Positions 25,080 through 38,389 of a stretch of DNA of 64,000 nucleotides are shown one piece after another (position 1 is the first letter of the stretch; each line of letters starts with the position of its first letter). The stretch covers positions 7,688,001 to 7,752,000 of the forward strand of contig JANJGN010000035.1 in NCBI GenBank assembly GCA_026770705.1, given 5' to 3'. This stretch comes from Isurus oxyrinchus. Its lineage: Eukaryota. The notes beneath the pieces were generated by a model. That model worked only from the letters and a program-made list of their open reading frames with translations, did no database searches and was not told where the DNA came from. The position numbers and the translations under genes were made by a program.

Positions 25080-25790
25080 TATTCTCAAACATCGGAGTTT
25101 AGAAATTTATTGTCTCCTCACCTTTAAATCATTCACCCCTTATGTTGAAACTGTGCCCGGCTACGGGAAACAGCATCTCATTTTTTACACTGGCAAGCTC
25201 ATTCAGAACATTACTTGTTTCAATTTGAGCGTCTTTCCTTCACCTAAATCCGAATCCTTTCAGCTACTTATCTTAATTCACCTTCAATGAGCGGAAAATA
25301 TCCAATAAATAGACCTTACACCACCTTAAAAAAATATTACACCCTTGTTTATATATGTTGAGCAAAACTGCACACATATCTCCAGGTGTGACCTCTTCGA
25401 AAATGATTTGTAAGAATGGAAAATGCTGAGAATATTCTGCTGGTCTTGCATAAACCGTCGAGAAAACGAGTGTGAACTTGTGAGGGCTGTGAACTTTCTT
25501 CAGGCCTGAAGAAATATAAAAATGCGATTGGTTTTAAGGATTTGGATGGCACAGGCAAAAGGAAAAGCAAACAGTAGTTCTTTGATTGGTGATGCTCAAT
25601 AGAGGTTTCAATGCGAGTATAATCTTCCGGTCGGACACGAAGTTAAGGATTTTGAGCATTTGTATTTTTCAAAAAATAGAGGGCCAAAAGTCTTTTAAAT
25701 GCCGTTATCCATGGTAATGATCAATAGTCCATAAGTGGAAATCACCAGTGATGTGAAGAAATTGTGGAACAACTCGAGTGACCAACTCTT
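25080..25790. mobile_element. Very decayed CR1 fragments in both orientations
   Basis: Weak resemblance to the CR1 ORF2 end and 3' region. Confidence 0.35.
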
Positions 25791-27185
25791 ATTTCGATGC
25801 TATTGCATCAGACATTTTTCAAACATATATTTCGGAGTTTCAGCATAATGAATCTAGCACTGGCAAGTTGGAACACCTTTTTCATGAATGCTATTCACTG
25901 TGCTTTTTTAATCTAGACATTGAACGAGCTGTTGTGCATCACACAGAATTTCAGGGGTAAACAACGGTTGAAAGGAATGTGACGCGACATTAGACAAAAA
26001 AATAGTGTTCTGCAAAATTTTTTTCCTGTTCTGTGTCTAGTCTAAAGTAAATTTTGCAGTTTCGAACTTCTGGCCGAGTTTATTTCAGAATTTTCAGACG
26101 TTAAATAGAATTGAATCATTATCTTTAAACCTGAATTTCTATGTTCCTGTAATTGCTATTTCCTGGACTTGCCCAAATGCTGAGTAGTTTTCGGGTGTGA
26201 GCCTTCAACCAACAGCCAGCTGGCAGTGCTTCGAGAATTTTAACCATAAGTTTCTTCAACTTTCAAACATTGATTTGGGCAGAAAGTCTAAATTACGGGC
26301 GTCAGTTCGACGATTTCACATGTGTCTGTGGCAGCAATGTAAAGCTGCAGGACAGACCTGCCGAGGGAAGATAGATCTTCATATACAATTCCATGTTTTC
26401 ATAGATGGAAGGCAGAGTAGAGCGAAAAATTCCTAAATGAATTTTTTCAAAGTAAGATTGTTAACATGGAATCTTTATCAAATAATATTGTTGTGTTTTG
26501 AAAGATCAACACATCTAGTCATATCCCAAATATAGTATGATGCACTCTAACTACCTTAGTTTTCCAATACTATGCAAGGGCCCATACACCTATGAATTAA
26601 CCTGATGTAAGTACATAGTATACAAATCTCTTAAGGATAAAAATATACTGAGAAAACTCAATTTGTCCCGCAGGATGCTGATATGATTTGCAAAGGCATG
26701 ATCTCTTGCAATTATTCCAAGATATGCTGAATCCACAGACAAACCAGGAGGGAGCAAGTTACATGCACGGTGAGATCACATTTACAGCTGGCAAGATCAT
26801 GATTCACCGTTTACTCCCTCCGCTAACACATCTGCACCGCTCAACCCTTCTCCCGTTGTTCTGCACCCGTCTCACAACGCTCTGGGGCTTTTCAAAGAAG
26901 TCTGATTAAATGTCTATATTTAACTGTCCCATTTTACAACATTGCTGTCGGATTAGGAGGCAAATTTAAGTTTTTTGGCCAACTTCCAACAAAAAAATTA
27001 TTGCTCTAATTTCCAAACACACTTTAACATTGAACTCGCTGTGCACTGCAAAACGGCTCGAACAACAGAGTGACCAAAGTTCTATATGGCTATTATATAT
27101 AAGTGTACCACTGAGGGAGCAATAAGATTTTTACTGAAGACGTTTCGTGAAAAAGCTGCCAATTGTGTGTTTGTGATTTTGGGTT

Positions 27186-27245
27186 TGTGTGTGTGTGTGT
27201 ATCTGTGTGTTGGTGTGTCTGAGAGAGAGAGAGAGAAAGAGAGAC
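27186..27245. repeat. (TG)n/(GA)n compound microsatellite
   Basis: Directly visible. Confidence 0.9.
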
Positions 27246-28164
27246 TCTGCATGCCTGTTTTTTTGTGCATATTGTTTCACAAAGCATACAAATTTTCTGA
27301 GGATTCAATGGAGTTTTACGGTAATCGATATTCCATAAAAAATACCTGGAATTTCGCAAGGTTCCTGGATCTGTTGAGCATTATTGCATGTTATTCCAAT
27401 GGGCCAGGATCCGATCATGCTTGGAAAGGTTTTCAAATTGTGCCTTTATCCTGCAAGGTTTATATGGGGTTCTTAATACTTTATAGTATAGACAAAACAC
27501 CTTTTTTTTGTGAACTTTGGCTTTGAAATTGGCCTATGTCTTAAAGAAAAAATCATGACTGCAGCTGAAAGATATGTTCACTGGAACTGGGTTTCGAATA
27601 TTCAAAGATAAAAATAAAAAATTGTGGATGCTGGAAATCCAAAACAAAACAGAATTACCTGGAAAAACTCAGCAGGTCTGGCAGCATTGGCAGGGAATAA
27701 AAGAGTTGCCGTTTCGAGTCCTCATGATCCTTCAAGAGAACTAGGTTAATCCAAGGAAAGGGGTGAAATATAAGCTCGTTCATGGTGTGTGTGTGTGTTT
27801 TTTTTTGGGGGGGGGCGTTGGGATGGGAGAGAGAAGTGGAGGGGGTGGTGTGGTTATAGGGACAAGCAAGCAGTGATGCAAGCAAATCATCAAAAGATGT
27901 CACAGACAAAAGAACAAAATAACACATAGGTGTTGAAGTTGGTGATATTATCTAAATAACCGTGCTAATTAAGAATGGATGCTAGGGCACTTAAGCTATA
28001 GCTCTAGAGGGGGTGGGGGAGCATAAAATAATTTTTAAAAAATAAAGTAATGGAAATAGGTGGAAAAAGATAAATCTATATAATGTACTGGGAAAAAAAT
28101 CAAATTGAAGGGTTAGAAACAGAACAGCGGTGGGGATGGAGGAGGGAGCACAAAACCTAAAGTT

Positions 28165-28660
28165 GCTGAATTCAATATTGAGCCCGGAAGGCTGTCAGGT
28201 GCCTAGTTAGAAGATGAGGTGCTGTTCTTCCAGTTTGCGTTGGGCTTCACTGGAACAAAGCAGCAAGCCAAGGACAGACATGTGGGAAAGAGAGCAAGGT
28301 GGAGTGTTAAAATGGCAAGTGACAGGGAGGTTTGCGTCATTCTTGCAGACAAACCGCAGGTGTCCAGTAAAGTGGTCGCCCAGTTTGCGTTTGGTCTCTC
28401 CAATTTGGAGGAGACTGCATTGGGAGCAATGAATAGAGTAGACTAAGTTGGTGGAAATGCAAGTGAAATGCTGCTTCACTTGAAAGGAATGATTGGGCCC
28501 TTGGACGGCGAGGAGATGGGAAGTGAAGGGGCAGGAGTTACATCTTTTGCCTGCGCATGGGGAGGTTACATTGTTGGAGGTTGAGGAGTACGGGGTGATG
28601 GAGGAGTGGACCAGGGTGTCCTATAGGGAACAATCCCTATGGAATGCAGACAGGGGGGTG
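28165..28660 (-). pseudogene. Inverted second copy of the GIY-YIG region
   Basis: NLVYSIHCSQCSLLQIGETKRKLGDHFTGHL...HFN...RKLEEQHLIF. Confidence 0.93.
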
Positions 28661-28663
28661 AAG

Positions 28664-29925
28664 GAATCCCAATCCACCACTACTCTCCTCCGTCTGGCTA
28701 AACTTGTTCTCACACTGAACAATTTCTCCTTCTACTCCTATCACTTCCACAAAATAAAATTTGTGGCTATGGGTACCCACATGGGCCCCAGCTATGCCTG
28801 TCTCTTCTTAGGGTATGTGGACTATTCCTTGTTCCAGTCCAACTCCAGCCCCCTTCCACAACTCTTTCTCCGATACATCGAGAATTACTTCAGTGCTGCT
28901 TCATGTTCTCGTCGGGACTTGGAAAAATGTATTAATTTTGCATCCAATCTCCACCCCTCCATCATCTTCACGTGGTCCATCTCTGACACTCCCCTTCCCT
29001 TCCTTGACCTCTCTGTCTCAATCTCTGGTGATAGACTCTCCACGAATATCCATTACAAGCCTATGACTCCCACAGCTGCCTCGAACACAGCTCCTCACAC
29101 CCCGCATCTTGTAGGGAGTCGATCCCATTCACTCAGTTCCGTCGCCTCCCTCGCATCTCTTCTCATGATGCTAACTTCAAAAACAGTTCCTGTGACATGT
29201 CATCATTCTTCCTTACCCGAGGTTTTCCACGCACGATCGTTGACAGAGCCCTGAACCGTGACCGGCCCACCTCTCGTGCACCGCCCTCATGCCGTCTCCT
29301 CCCTCCCAGAAACATGATAGCATCCCCATTATCCTCAGTTATCACACTACCATTCAAAGGATCATCCTCCACCATTTCCGCCAACTCCAGCATGATGCCA
29401 CGACCAAACAAATATTCCCTTCACCCCCGCATGTCAGCATTCCGCAGGGATTGTTCCCATGGGATACCCTGGTCCACCCCTCCTTCACTCCCTACTCCTC
29501 AACTCCCACCTATGTGACCTCCCCGTGCACACACAAAAAATGTAACACCTGCCCCTTCACTTCCACTCTCCTCACTGTCCAAGGGCCCAAACACTCCTTT
29601 CAAGAGAGGCAGTATTTCACTAGCATTTCCCCTAACTTAGTCTACTGTATTCCTTGTTCCAAATGCGGTCTCCTCTACCTTGGAGAGACCAAACATAAAC
29701 TGGGCGACTGCTTTGCAGAGCACCTGCAGTCTGTCCGCAAGAATGACACAAACCTCCCTGCTGCTTGCCATTATAACACTCCACCCTGCTCTATTGCCCA
29801 CATGTCTGTCTTTGGCTTCCTGCATTTTTCCAGTGTAGCCCAACCGCAAACTGGAGGAACAGCACCTCATCTTCCGACTAGGCATTTTACAGGCTTCCAT
29901 ACTGAATACTGAATTCAACAGCATT
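28664..29925 (+). pseudogene. Penelope-type reverse transcriptase plus GIY-YIG endonuclease, frameshifted and 5'-truncated
   Basis: LVLTLNNF, VAMGTHMGPSYACLF, FLRYIEN (decayed YIDD), LPFLDL, NLVYCIPCSKCGLLYLGETKHKLGDCFAEHL. Confidence 0.95.
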
Positions 29926-31299
29926 AGGTCTTGAACTCCCTCCACCATCCCCACCCAACTTTCTGTTTCTTTCCCCTTCCTTTTGTTTTTTGCAATAAAT
30001 TATATAGATTTTTCTCCCCACCTTTTTCCATTATTTTTGAATACTTCTTTTTATCTTTTATGCTTCCCCCACCCCCACTAGAACTATACCCTGAGTGTCC
30101 TACCATCCATTCCTAATTAGCACCTTCGTTTAGATAATATCACCAACTTCAACAGCTATGTGTTCTTTTGTCTGTGACATCTTTTGATGATCTGCATCTA
30201 TCACTGCTTGCTTGTCCCTACAACTACACCACCCTCGCAATTCAACCGCCCCCCCCCCCCCCACCTCACAAACACACACACACCTTAAACCAGCTTATAT
30301 TTCACTCCTTTTCTTTGATTCACCTAGTTCTGTTGAAGGGTCACGAGGAGTCGAAAGGTCAACTCTTTTTTCTCCGCCCATGCTGCCAGACCTGCTGAGT
30401 TTTTCCAGGTAATTCTGTTTTTGTTGTGGAATATTCCACATTTCTATCTGCTGGAACAGAATGGACAGTTTGGACAAAATTGTTCGAAAATAATTCCCCA
30501 AAAAAGTATAACTGCCTAGAATCAACATTGTAATTGCTCCTGATCAGGTGATGAAGGCACTGTGTGCAGAGGTATGCTAGCCTGCAAAGGGAACACACCT
30601 AGAACCTCCAACCCCTCGTGTTTGCAGTATTGCAGGATGGCTAAAAGGCTAGCTAGCTCATATTTTTGTAATGTGTTCTCTCCCTGAAACAAAAGCTTTG
30701 GCACTCCAAAAAGGGGAAAATCACCAGCAGAGATAACGAAAATTATTTTTCCAGCCAGTAAACTGATGGCTGAAAGCGCTGGAATGCCATCCCGTGTCAT
30801 GAACAATTGGTGGCCAGGAATTTGGGAAGACAACTATGAAAATCAAACCATATACCTGTGTGCTACTTTTTGGTGCATTTGCCCAACTTTAAATCACCCT
30901 TAATTTCCATGTTTTCTACGTCCTGTATGCCTTTGTGTCTGTGAGTGTGTGTGCACAGCGGTTAAAAAGGGTTTAATTTGTAGAATTAAAAGTTAGCAGT
31001 TCGTGTTTCCTGATTTTGCTACTAGTAAAAACAAATTGTTTTAATAATTAGTTATTTATGTGTTAAGCTTGCAAACGTGGTATTCGTATACTGTTGACCT
31101 AAATTTAACAGTTAGGTAGAAATCTGGCAACATGGGGACTAATTAATCTTTTCATTTCTCATTCGGCTCAGTGAGAAATGAGGCTGGAAATTTCTACGCA
31201 GTATCCCCAGTGAGTACTGGCAAAAGATGTAGCATGCTTTACGGTCAGCAGAATCTTGCCAAGTTACATATGGAGAGAAAAATCTCCTCAGTTCCTGAA

Positions 31300-33130
31300 A
31301 AGTAATGAAACATTTTGCAGTCCAGCAAGTTGATGCGAACCCTAGTGTTCGCTTTATGTTGTCAAAGGAAACTGTCCGGTAAGTATGACGCTTACAGATT
31401 TATCACAAAGCCGCCAGGCTATCAATATATACCCTGCATCGTGTGGACGGTTTCTTCTCCCTTTCCATGATCTTGCATTGCTCGCACACACTCTCACCTG
31501 ACCGTAGCGTCATGTACTCGCACTCAGAACCACCCTTCCTCCCAATCATGTATCATCCGCTGACTCCACTGAGACCTTTATGGCCTTCAAAAAGGAGATG
31601 ACCTTCACAAAGGATAAACTATCTGAAACAGCATGGTTTAAAAAAACTGATTGACCAGACAACCAAAAGATCAGATGGCATTAATCATCCCTGCCACATT
31701 GAATAAGCAAATAGTGTAGGAATATTAAACAGATATCAGAACGTTCATTCAAAACAAAGTTTCAGCATTCGGGCTTATTTTCTGCTTGGAGTACCGAATC
31801 TACGATATATCAAGGCCACTTGTGATGTCAATCTTAGCCAGTTCTTATTCGACAACGATGTGTCAACAACTCTGACAGAACTTGATAGACCAACTGTTAA
31901 GGGTCCCGACAATTAGCTGCGACACTCGAGTAGCTGTCCCAGTACAGAGAAACAAGGGAAATAACCGACGTTGTGAAAAAATGTATAAAAACGCAATGTC
32001 CAGTAAAAGCAAAACAAATCTGAACAACAAAATTGTCGCCAAAATATTTAGCGCCATGTTATCAAGAACATAATGAAAATTAGCTTTAAAATGCTATCAA
32101 GGGGCAATGAATGAAATCAGCTAGGGTTCCATCAGGAGTAGTCGGCTCCAGACCTCACAATAGACTTGATGTAAGCCACCGCCAAAACTCAAGGGTTACA
32201 TAGGTAATGTGGGTTACTGTCCCTTGTACCAAGACAACAGTTGTTCCAGAGGGCCATCAATTGATTGTTGTGATATTATTGTTAGTGCAATGAGAATCAG
32301 TGCTAAACATTTTTGTTGCTGAATCATACTTATTACAAAGGCTGAAAAGAAAAGTTATTGATTGCTCGAGGAAAATCATCTCAGCCCCAACATTTCACTG
32401 CAGATATTCTTTGGGGCAGAGCCTGAGCACCAGCCGTCTTCCAGCTGCTTCGCTGGCAGCCTATGTTGTATCTTATGATCAGCACTGTCAAATTGCATTG
32501 TTCATTGAAATATACCCATTTTATTAAAAGGACCTCAAATTGTGAAGTAATCTATGCGTAAATTTAGAGAGCATATCCGTATATCATTTAAGATGCAGAG
32601 AAGCATAAGAAAAATGTTTCACACAAAAGAAGAGAAATGCCACGTGAAGAAAAAATTGAGTACCTTTTGACACTTAATGGCATTCTGATCGCTGCTTGGA
32701 CAGCCAGCAAATTTATGTGCCCCACCAATAAAATAATCTGAAATGGGCAACCTCAATACATGCTGCCACAGACAACCTGGCAATGAAGTGCTTGACCACC
32801 ACCCCCCACCCCCCCAACCCCCGCAATCGTGTCCCAACTCATAGCTTAATTGTGACAATATTCCCACATGGCTGTGTCTTCAAAGAATTTCATAAAACTC
32901 TATATCAACCATTGTGGAGAACCCCACATGAGTAACACACCATTTCCAACCATTGGCAATCACTGTCTCCAGCACAAGTGTACCCTGGCTTCACTGTATA
33001 TCTCCATGGAATGCGGGGAATTCGTAAGAGACGTAAATATGTACAGGGAAATCACATCTCACATGGTGTCAGTATATATGTATATATATATCAGGTTTCA
33101 AGATTTGTCATAAAGGGACAGGGTCTGGTT
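31300..33130 (+). mobile_element. Very decayed CR1/L2-group LINE, same type as 50.9-55.4 kb
   Basis: Remnants such as aagggtcccgacaat (GPDN) and colinear similarity to 50908-52255. Confidence 0.55.
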
Positions 33131-33289
33131 GAGTTTTAACAGTCAATTAACAACATCAAGACAAATAAAAAACAATTGCATTAAAATCCAGCAGAAAGTG
33201 CTATCAAACAATATGACACTGATGCAGCAAAAAAAGAAGATTTCTGCCTTATTTTAATTTGGCTGGAGAAAGACGATAACAGATAGTAA

Positions 33290-34050
33290 TGGAATCTAGA
33301 GATTGAATTCTCTAGAGCTGAGTACATGGCTGAAATCGTGCAGCGATGTAAATCGGGAATGCTGAACATGCCAGAATTTGAGAATACTGAGATCACATTA
33401 TAGATATAGGTCTGGAGAAACTCACAGAATTATGGAGGGGCGAGATTCTACAGGAACCGAAAAAAAGTATGTATTCCGAAATTAAGATTTTGCAAGAAAC
33501 ATAATACAACAGCGCTCATCCAGCAGAGGGGCGATGGGGTAATAAGGATTTCGTTGGACATTAGCAGGGGCTGCAGTTTGGAAAGACTTCAAATTTGTGA
33601 ACGTCATTGCTAGGTGGTCCTGCTACGCTTGTGTAAGAACTCACAAGTGTTGATTTGTTTTAAAGGCACAGAAGCGAATGTTCGTGAAAGGTAATTCGAG
33701 GCAGAGGAGCAATCAACAACGTTGTTTACGTCAAAATAAGATGTCGAAATGATGATGCGTGTACCTAAAAAAGCTCATCCTAAGAAAGGTTCTATTAGCA
33801 AGGTTGGAATTAAATAGTTTGACAAGCATATTGTACATACGTGGAGCTGGAGTCAATTGAGTAAAACATATATTGTAACGGGAAGATAATTCAATGGCTC
33901 CTAATTTACCGAATGTAATTTATTCATATCATACAAACAATAATATACCATATAGTGAGCGTTGGTGTTAAAAAGATGACAGGTAATATCATGTTGGATC
34001 TTGAAGAAAGCTGTAGGGAAGTTTATAGGAAACATGGGATTCGGATCCTG
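33290..34050 (-). mobile_element. Decayed L2-type LINE fragment
   Basis: Antisense L2-like segment around ggagaaactcacagaattatggaggggcgag. Confidence 0.45.
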
Positions 34051-34519
34051 CCAAATGTTTGCGGAGGGTAGAAGTTTAAAACAGTCAGGCGACATATATA
34101 TAGACTATCAAGACACGTCTAGATCTTATCAGGTGTTTGTGAGACAGTACAATTTCTCAGGCTCTCGTTAATTATTCTTTGATTTATACCTGTTGGCATA
34201 ATCTGGCAAGTTCCAGACTGAATTCTGCAAGGTTCATATTGCGCTAGCAGTTTGCCAGGTGTCTATAATGTCGACCGATCTGCCACAGCCAGTTGCGTTC
34301 CATGTCACCATTGTCGTTTTAAGGCAAAGTCTGTTTCAATGAAATTGATATGCGGGGATTTATCAAATGCCTTTTCATCGTGTGCATGTACAACACATGA
34401 AAAAACAGGATTCAACAGATGTTACAATTCCGGATAACTTATTTCTGATCTGAAAGCAATCATGACGAAACCAATGACAATGGAAGCCCCTGGGCACAAC
34501 TCATTTAAAAGAAAACAAC

Positions 34520-36193
34520 TAATATTAGCAAATGTTGTTGATGTGGTAGACATGGACTTCTAAATGTTGTTTGATATAGTGCGACACAAGAGACCTCTGA
34601 GGAAATTTATAGCTCATGTAATAAAAGGGACAAAAGCTAAGTGGATCCAAAATTGACTGAGCAATAGGAAACAGAGACTAATGACCAATGGATGTTTTCC
34701 GAGCCGGAGGATGGTTTCGAATGGAGTTTGCTAGGAGTTGGTATTGCGGCCCTTGCCTTTCCTAATATATAATCATGATCAAGGCTATGTTGTTCAGGTG
34801 ACAATTTCAAATTTTGCGAAAGCATAAAAACTTAGAAGCAATGTAGAGCGTGAGTAGGAATGTATAGGATTTCAAAATGACATATACGAGTTGATGGAGT
34901 GGTTGCATACATGACAAACGAAGGTTAATGCAATGAAGCCTTGGGCAATTTAATTTGATAGGAAGAACATAGAGTGACAATAAGAAATGAAGGGACATAT
35001 ATAATGATGTGCACGAGCAGTGCGGCCTGGGTGTATATTTGCACAACTCATTGAAGGAAGCAGGAGATTTGGAGACAGCAATACAAAAGTAACGACATTA
35101 TGCTGAGCTTAAAGAGGACAGTAGCTAGGCCTCAACTGGAGTATTGTATACAGTTCTGGGAAAAATATTATGTGAAAAATGTAATGGTATTAAAGAGAGC
35201 TCGGAATAGGTTTACAGGTCTCTATACAGGGATGAGACACTTGAGTTATGAAGATAGATTAGATAACCTGGGAATGTTTTCCTTGGAGTGGAAGAGGTGA
35301 AGGTATTAAAATATTGATACTGGTATTCAAAATATTGTTGGAAATCGAAAGGGTAATCCCCAGCCGAATTTCGTCTTAAAAAAACATCAAAGCAAAAATA
35401 AAATGCATGCTTTCCCAATTACCTTGGAAGCTTTATATTCTCCGTCCATGAGAAACATAAAACCTGAATGATGTAAAGGCTCTCATCGCAACCCTATAAA
35501 TAATCAACATATCTTAAGATTGTGAACAGCTTTACGACTATCCTGCTACATAATGCAGAGATTACCTCCCCCTCTCCCATCTCCACCACACCATTGTGCA
35601 CATTTTACCATTAAAAAATGTGAATTGGAAACGCCATGAAGTTTCATCGTAACCAACCGACCAAACGTGACAGATGTCATGGTAAACAATTTGCAGGTTC
35701 TTATAGATCCAATAATTTGCAAACAAAAATTATTTAAATACTGGTTGATTCACTTTCTTTCAACATTGTAAATTAATATAATTTCCAATTCTCTATAGTT
35801 TTCCAAGTTCATCCGTGTTGTTGACTAACATTTGTATATTAGCTTTCTGTTTTTCATAGCTGGGAGTGATGTTCCACTCTGCAAGCGATCGAGAGCAAAA
35901 GGACACCGATTTAAAGTGATTTGCAAATGGTGCAATGTAATGTCTGAAATGAATAATCGTTTTTCACTGAACATGTGGTCCTAGTCTCGAATGCTGTGCC
36001 TGAAAGTGTGGGGGCGGAGTGGTGGTCAGATTAAATTGAGGCATTCCAGAGGGCATTATATGATTGCCTATGCAACGTGTAAATTTACGGAGGAAAAGCG
36101 GTTGGATGGAATGAAGTTACAATGTATTTACGGAGAGCCTGTGCAGATACAATGGTCATTTTCTGCTGTAACAATCATGTGATTCTCTGATTC
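34520..36193 (+). mobile_element. CR1 LINE split in two (34520-35356 and 35858-36193)
   Basis: DVVDMDF...FD.V.H, RPQLEYCIQFW, LSYEDRLDNLGMFSLE; resumes after 0.5 kb with ggacaccgatttaaagtg and tail gtgattctctgattc. Confidence 0.88.
35357..35857. repeat. 0.5 kb duplicated unit, copy inside CR1
   Basis: Shares ttggaagctt, ataatgcagagattac, atcgtaaccaacc, ggtaaacaatt, tactggtt and tattagcttt in order with 36945-37405. Confidence 0.9.
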
Positions 36194-36944
36194 AAGCACA
36201 GTTTAAACAAGTAAGCCTCGTTTCAAATCAAAATGTGTTATTTAATGTTCACGCAACATAGATATGACACACCTAGTTATGGCACTTGCATTACCTGCTC
36301 TACAAATATGGTGCTACATGGAATCTTTGAAACATGAAAACTGCAATGTATGTTTTCTCCCTTCACAAATCAATTATTTCCACTCGGGAATCGCAAGCAG
36401 CTGGCAGGCAGATTCCATCTGAGGTCCAGGGCATGGTTACCACTCACAAGGCGCATATCTGCGAATGTTATCACACTCGGGTCACAACAGAGTTGATGTA
36501 GCATAATCTGCCCTTAGTTCCTTATTCAACACCTTCGAAAGGGCTGGGCATCCCTGGAAAAACTGAAACAGAAACAATGAAATTGATCAAATCAACTACC
36601 CCCAAGTCTCCCTGACTTCAGTGTTGTGCTCTGTTCAAATGTATAATGCACATGCTAGAGCAGTGTCTGTTCAAATGTCAGAGAACTAATTGAACACAGT
36701 ACCTGTTCGCAAACTGCCAAGCTGAAACGGTTCCAGTCAGAGAAAGCCTTTTTTTTTTTCTTGCGCACAGACTGTCTAACAAATAAATGGTTACATCACT
36801 GCATTTAGTTTACTTTTTTACATTTTGATTTGTAGCTCTTCATACAGAAGTCAACCCGTACGTGAACTTATTATCGTTTGGAAACTATCGATGCAAGATG
36901 CAAAAAAAAAAAATTAAAGAAACGATCAATTCTCCGTCAGAATA

Positions 36945-37405
36945 CTCCTCAGAGCGCTGCGGTCTTAGAAGGCAATCACACAAAAATAAAATACACCCTT
37001 CCCCAAATACATTGGAAGCTTAATGTTGCTTGTTCAAGAAAAACAAACATTCTGACTGGAGTCAGGACTTTATCCGCAGCCCTATGAAAAGGGAACAGAT
37101 ATTAATATTGTAAGCATCCCTATGATTATGCTGCTGTATAATGCAGAGATTACATCACCTGCGTCCATTTTACACATTTTACAATGGAACATATTGAATT
37201 GGGAACACCTTTATGTTTAATCGTAACCAACCAAGCAATCAGGACGGCATCACGGTAAACAATTCGTGGATTCTTAGAGACTCAATCTTTGGGCAAACAA
37301 AAGCTTTTTAACTACTGGTTAACTTTATTTATTTCAATCTTGTATTTTTTTTTCAATTGATCCACGTTCTCGATTGACATTTGTTTATTAGCTTTGCGTT
37401 TCCAA
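36945..37405. repeat. 0.5 kb duplicated unit, second copy
   Basis: Colinear with 35357-35857. Confidence 0.9.
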
Positions 37406-37869
37406 GTTTTTTTTTAAATCTACAGTGGGATAGTGGTCTTGATGGATCCAAGTAGCTTCCGTAGTTCAGTTTGGTTAATTTTGCCACGAACAATATTGCT
37501 AAAACCCGGCAATGCATCTAGGCTGGGGCGATAGCCGTTATGAATTTTTAAAAATATCCCTGTCATACTCGTTCATCGTCTATGACTTCGGCACATCGAC
37601 TTCTATTTTAAAGCCGTACACAAGAATGCCGCTTTTTTTTGTTGGTAGTTTGAGAGCCTTCACCTTTCTTTAAAAAGAAAAGGCACCGAAACATAGAGTT
37701 CATCTTCCAACACCTAATATCAATTCCCTGCCCGTTCTGCAGCACTTTTCATTTTATGTCTAAATCTCTGAAAAACGTTACAGCCTAATAAACATCAGAA
37801 TTGTCGTAAAGGAGAAAATCATTCAACCCATCATGATTCAATACAGCATAATATTCACGGCGAGTAAAG

Positions 37870-38290
37870 TTTTCTCATGATGCTATAAAAATCACTAGTT
37901 TTTTTCACTTATTGTTTTTTTAGCTAAGGGACTTTCATAGTCATTTGTATTCAGTTCACAGTTATCCTTATCTTCTGCACTACCACTGAATTCCAGTGAA
38001 ATTGAACTTTGTGCAATTCACTTTTGAAATACTTTGTCAATTCCTCTTTTTGATGTTCCAAGCTACGTTCAGGGAATTCTATTCGTTCCTCTGCTTTGAA
38101 GTGCTAACATTGAACGTATTCATTTTTTTCTCTGTATTCTCAATAAAAGCATGACTTTCCTTTCATTCATCATTCGTTTTCTTAATCTTGCATATGTTTT
38201 GTCTACATTATTAAATCAGGCTGTTAGCCAAATTCTCAAAATTTCATTCCTTTTTGCACCTTAGCCTTATGTTGTAATGCGCCAAGCAAA
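37870..38290 (-). pseudogene. Decayed coiled-coil-like coding sequence
   Basis: FNNVDKTYARLRKRMMNERK and FKAEERIEFPERSLEHQKEELTKYFKSELHKVQ across frameshifts. Confidence 0.4.
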
Positions 38291-38389
38291 ACAATAGCAG
38301 GCTGGAGTTCTGACAGTTTCAAAACAACAAAGTTATACTATCGATTTAAACATCATGTTTGAACAACATTATCATTTAATTTTATCACT

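Larger units (their letters stand above)
27610..30428. mobile_element. Penelope-like retroelement with ~1 kb inverted arms
   Basis: Left arm 27640-28660 is the reverse complement of ~29440-30425; central RT fragment; gaatattc on both flanks (27596, 30429). Confidence 0.95.
27104..31222 (+). mobile_element. Possible solo LTR (27104-27600 plus 30437-31222) split by the Penelope palindrome
   Basis: TG start tgtaccactgaggg, TG-rich interior, end cccagtgagtactggca; resemblance to Gypsy-type LTRs is from memory only, no TSD found. Confidence 0.35.

Noticed and set aside
28493-29254. 253-aa ORF as an intact protein
   Set aside because: Chimera across the inversion junction of the Penelope-like element; the catalytic YIDD reads YIEN.
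36347-36795. Solo LTR ending aataaatggttaca
   Set aside because: TG...CA and AATAAA are present, but there is no TSD or second copy; too weak to call.
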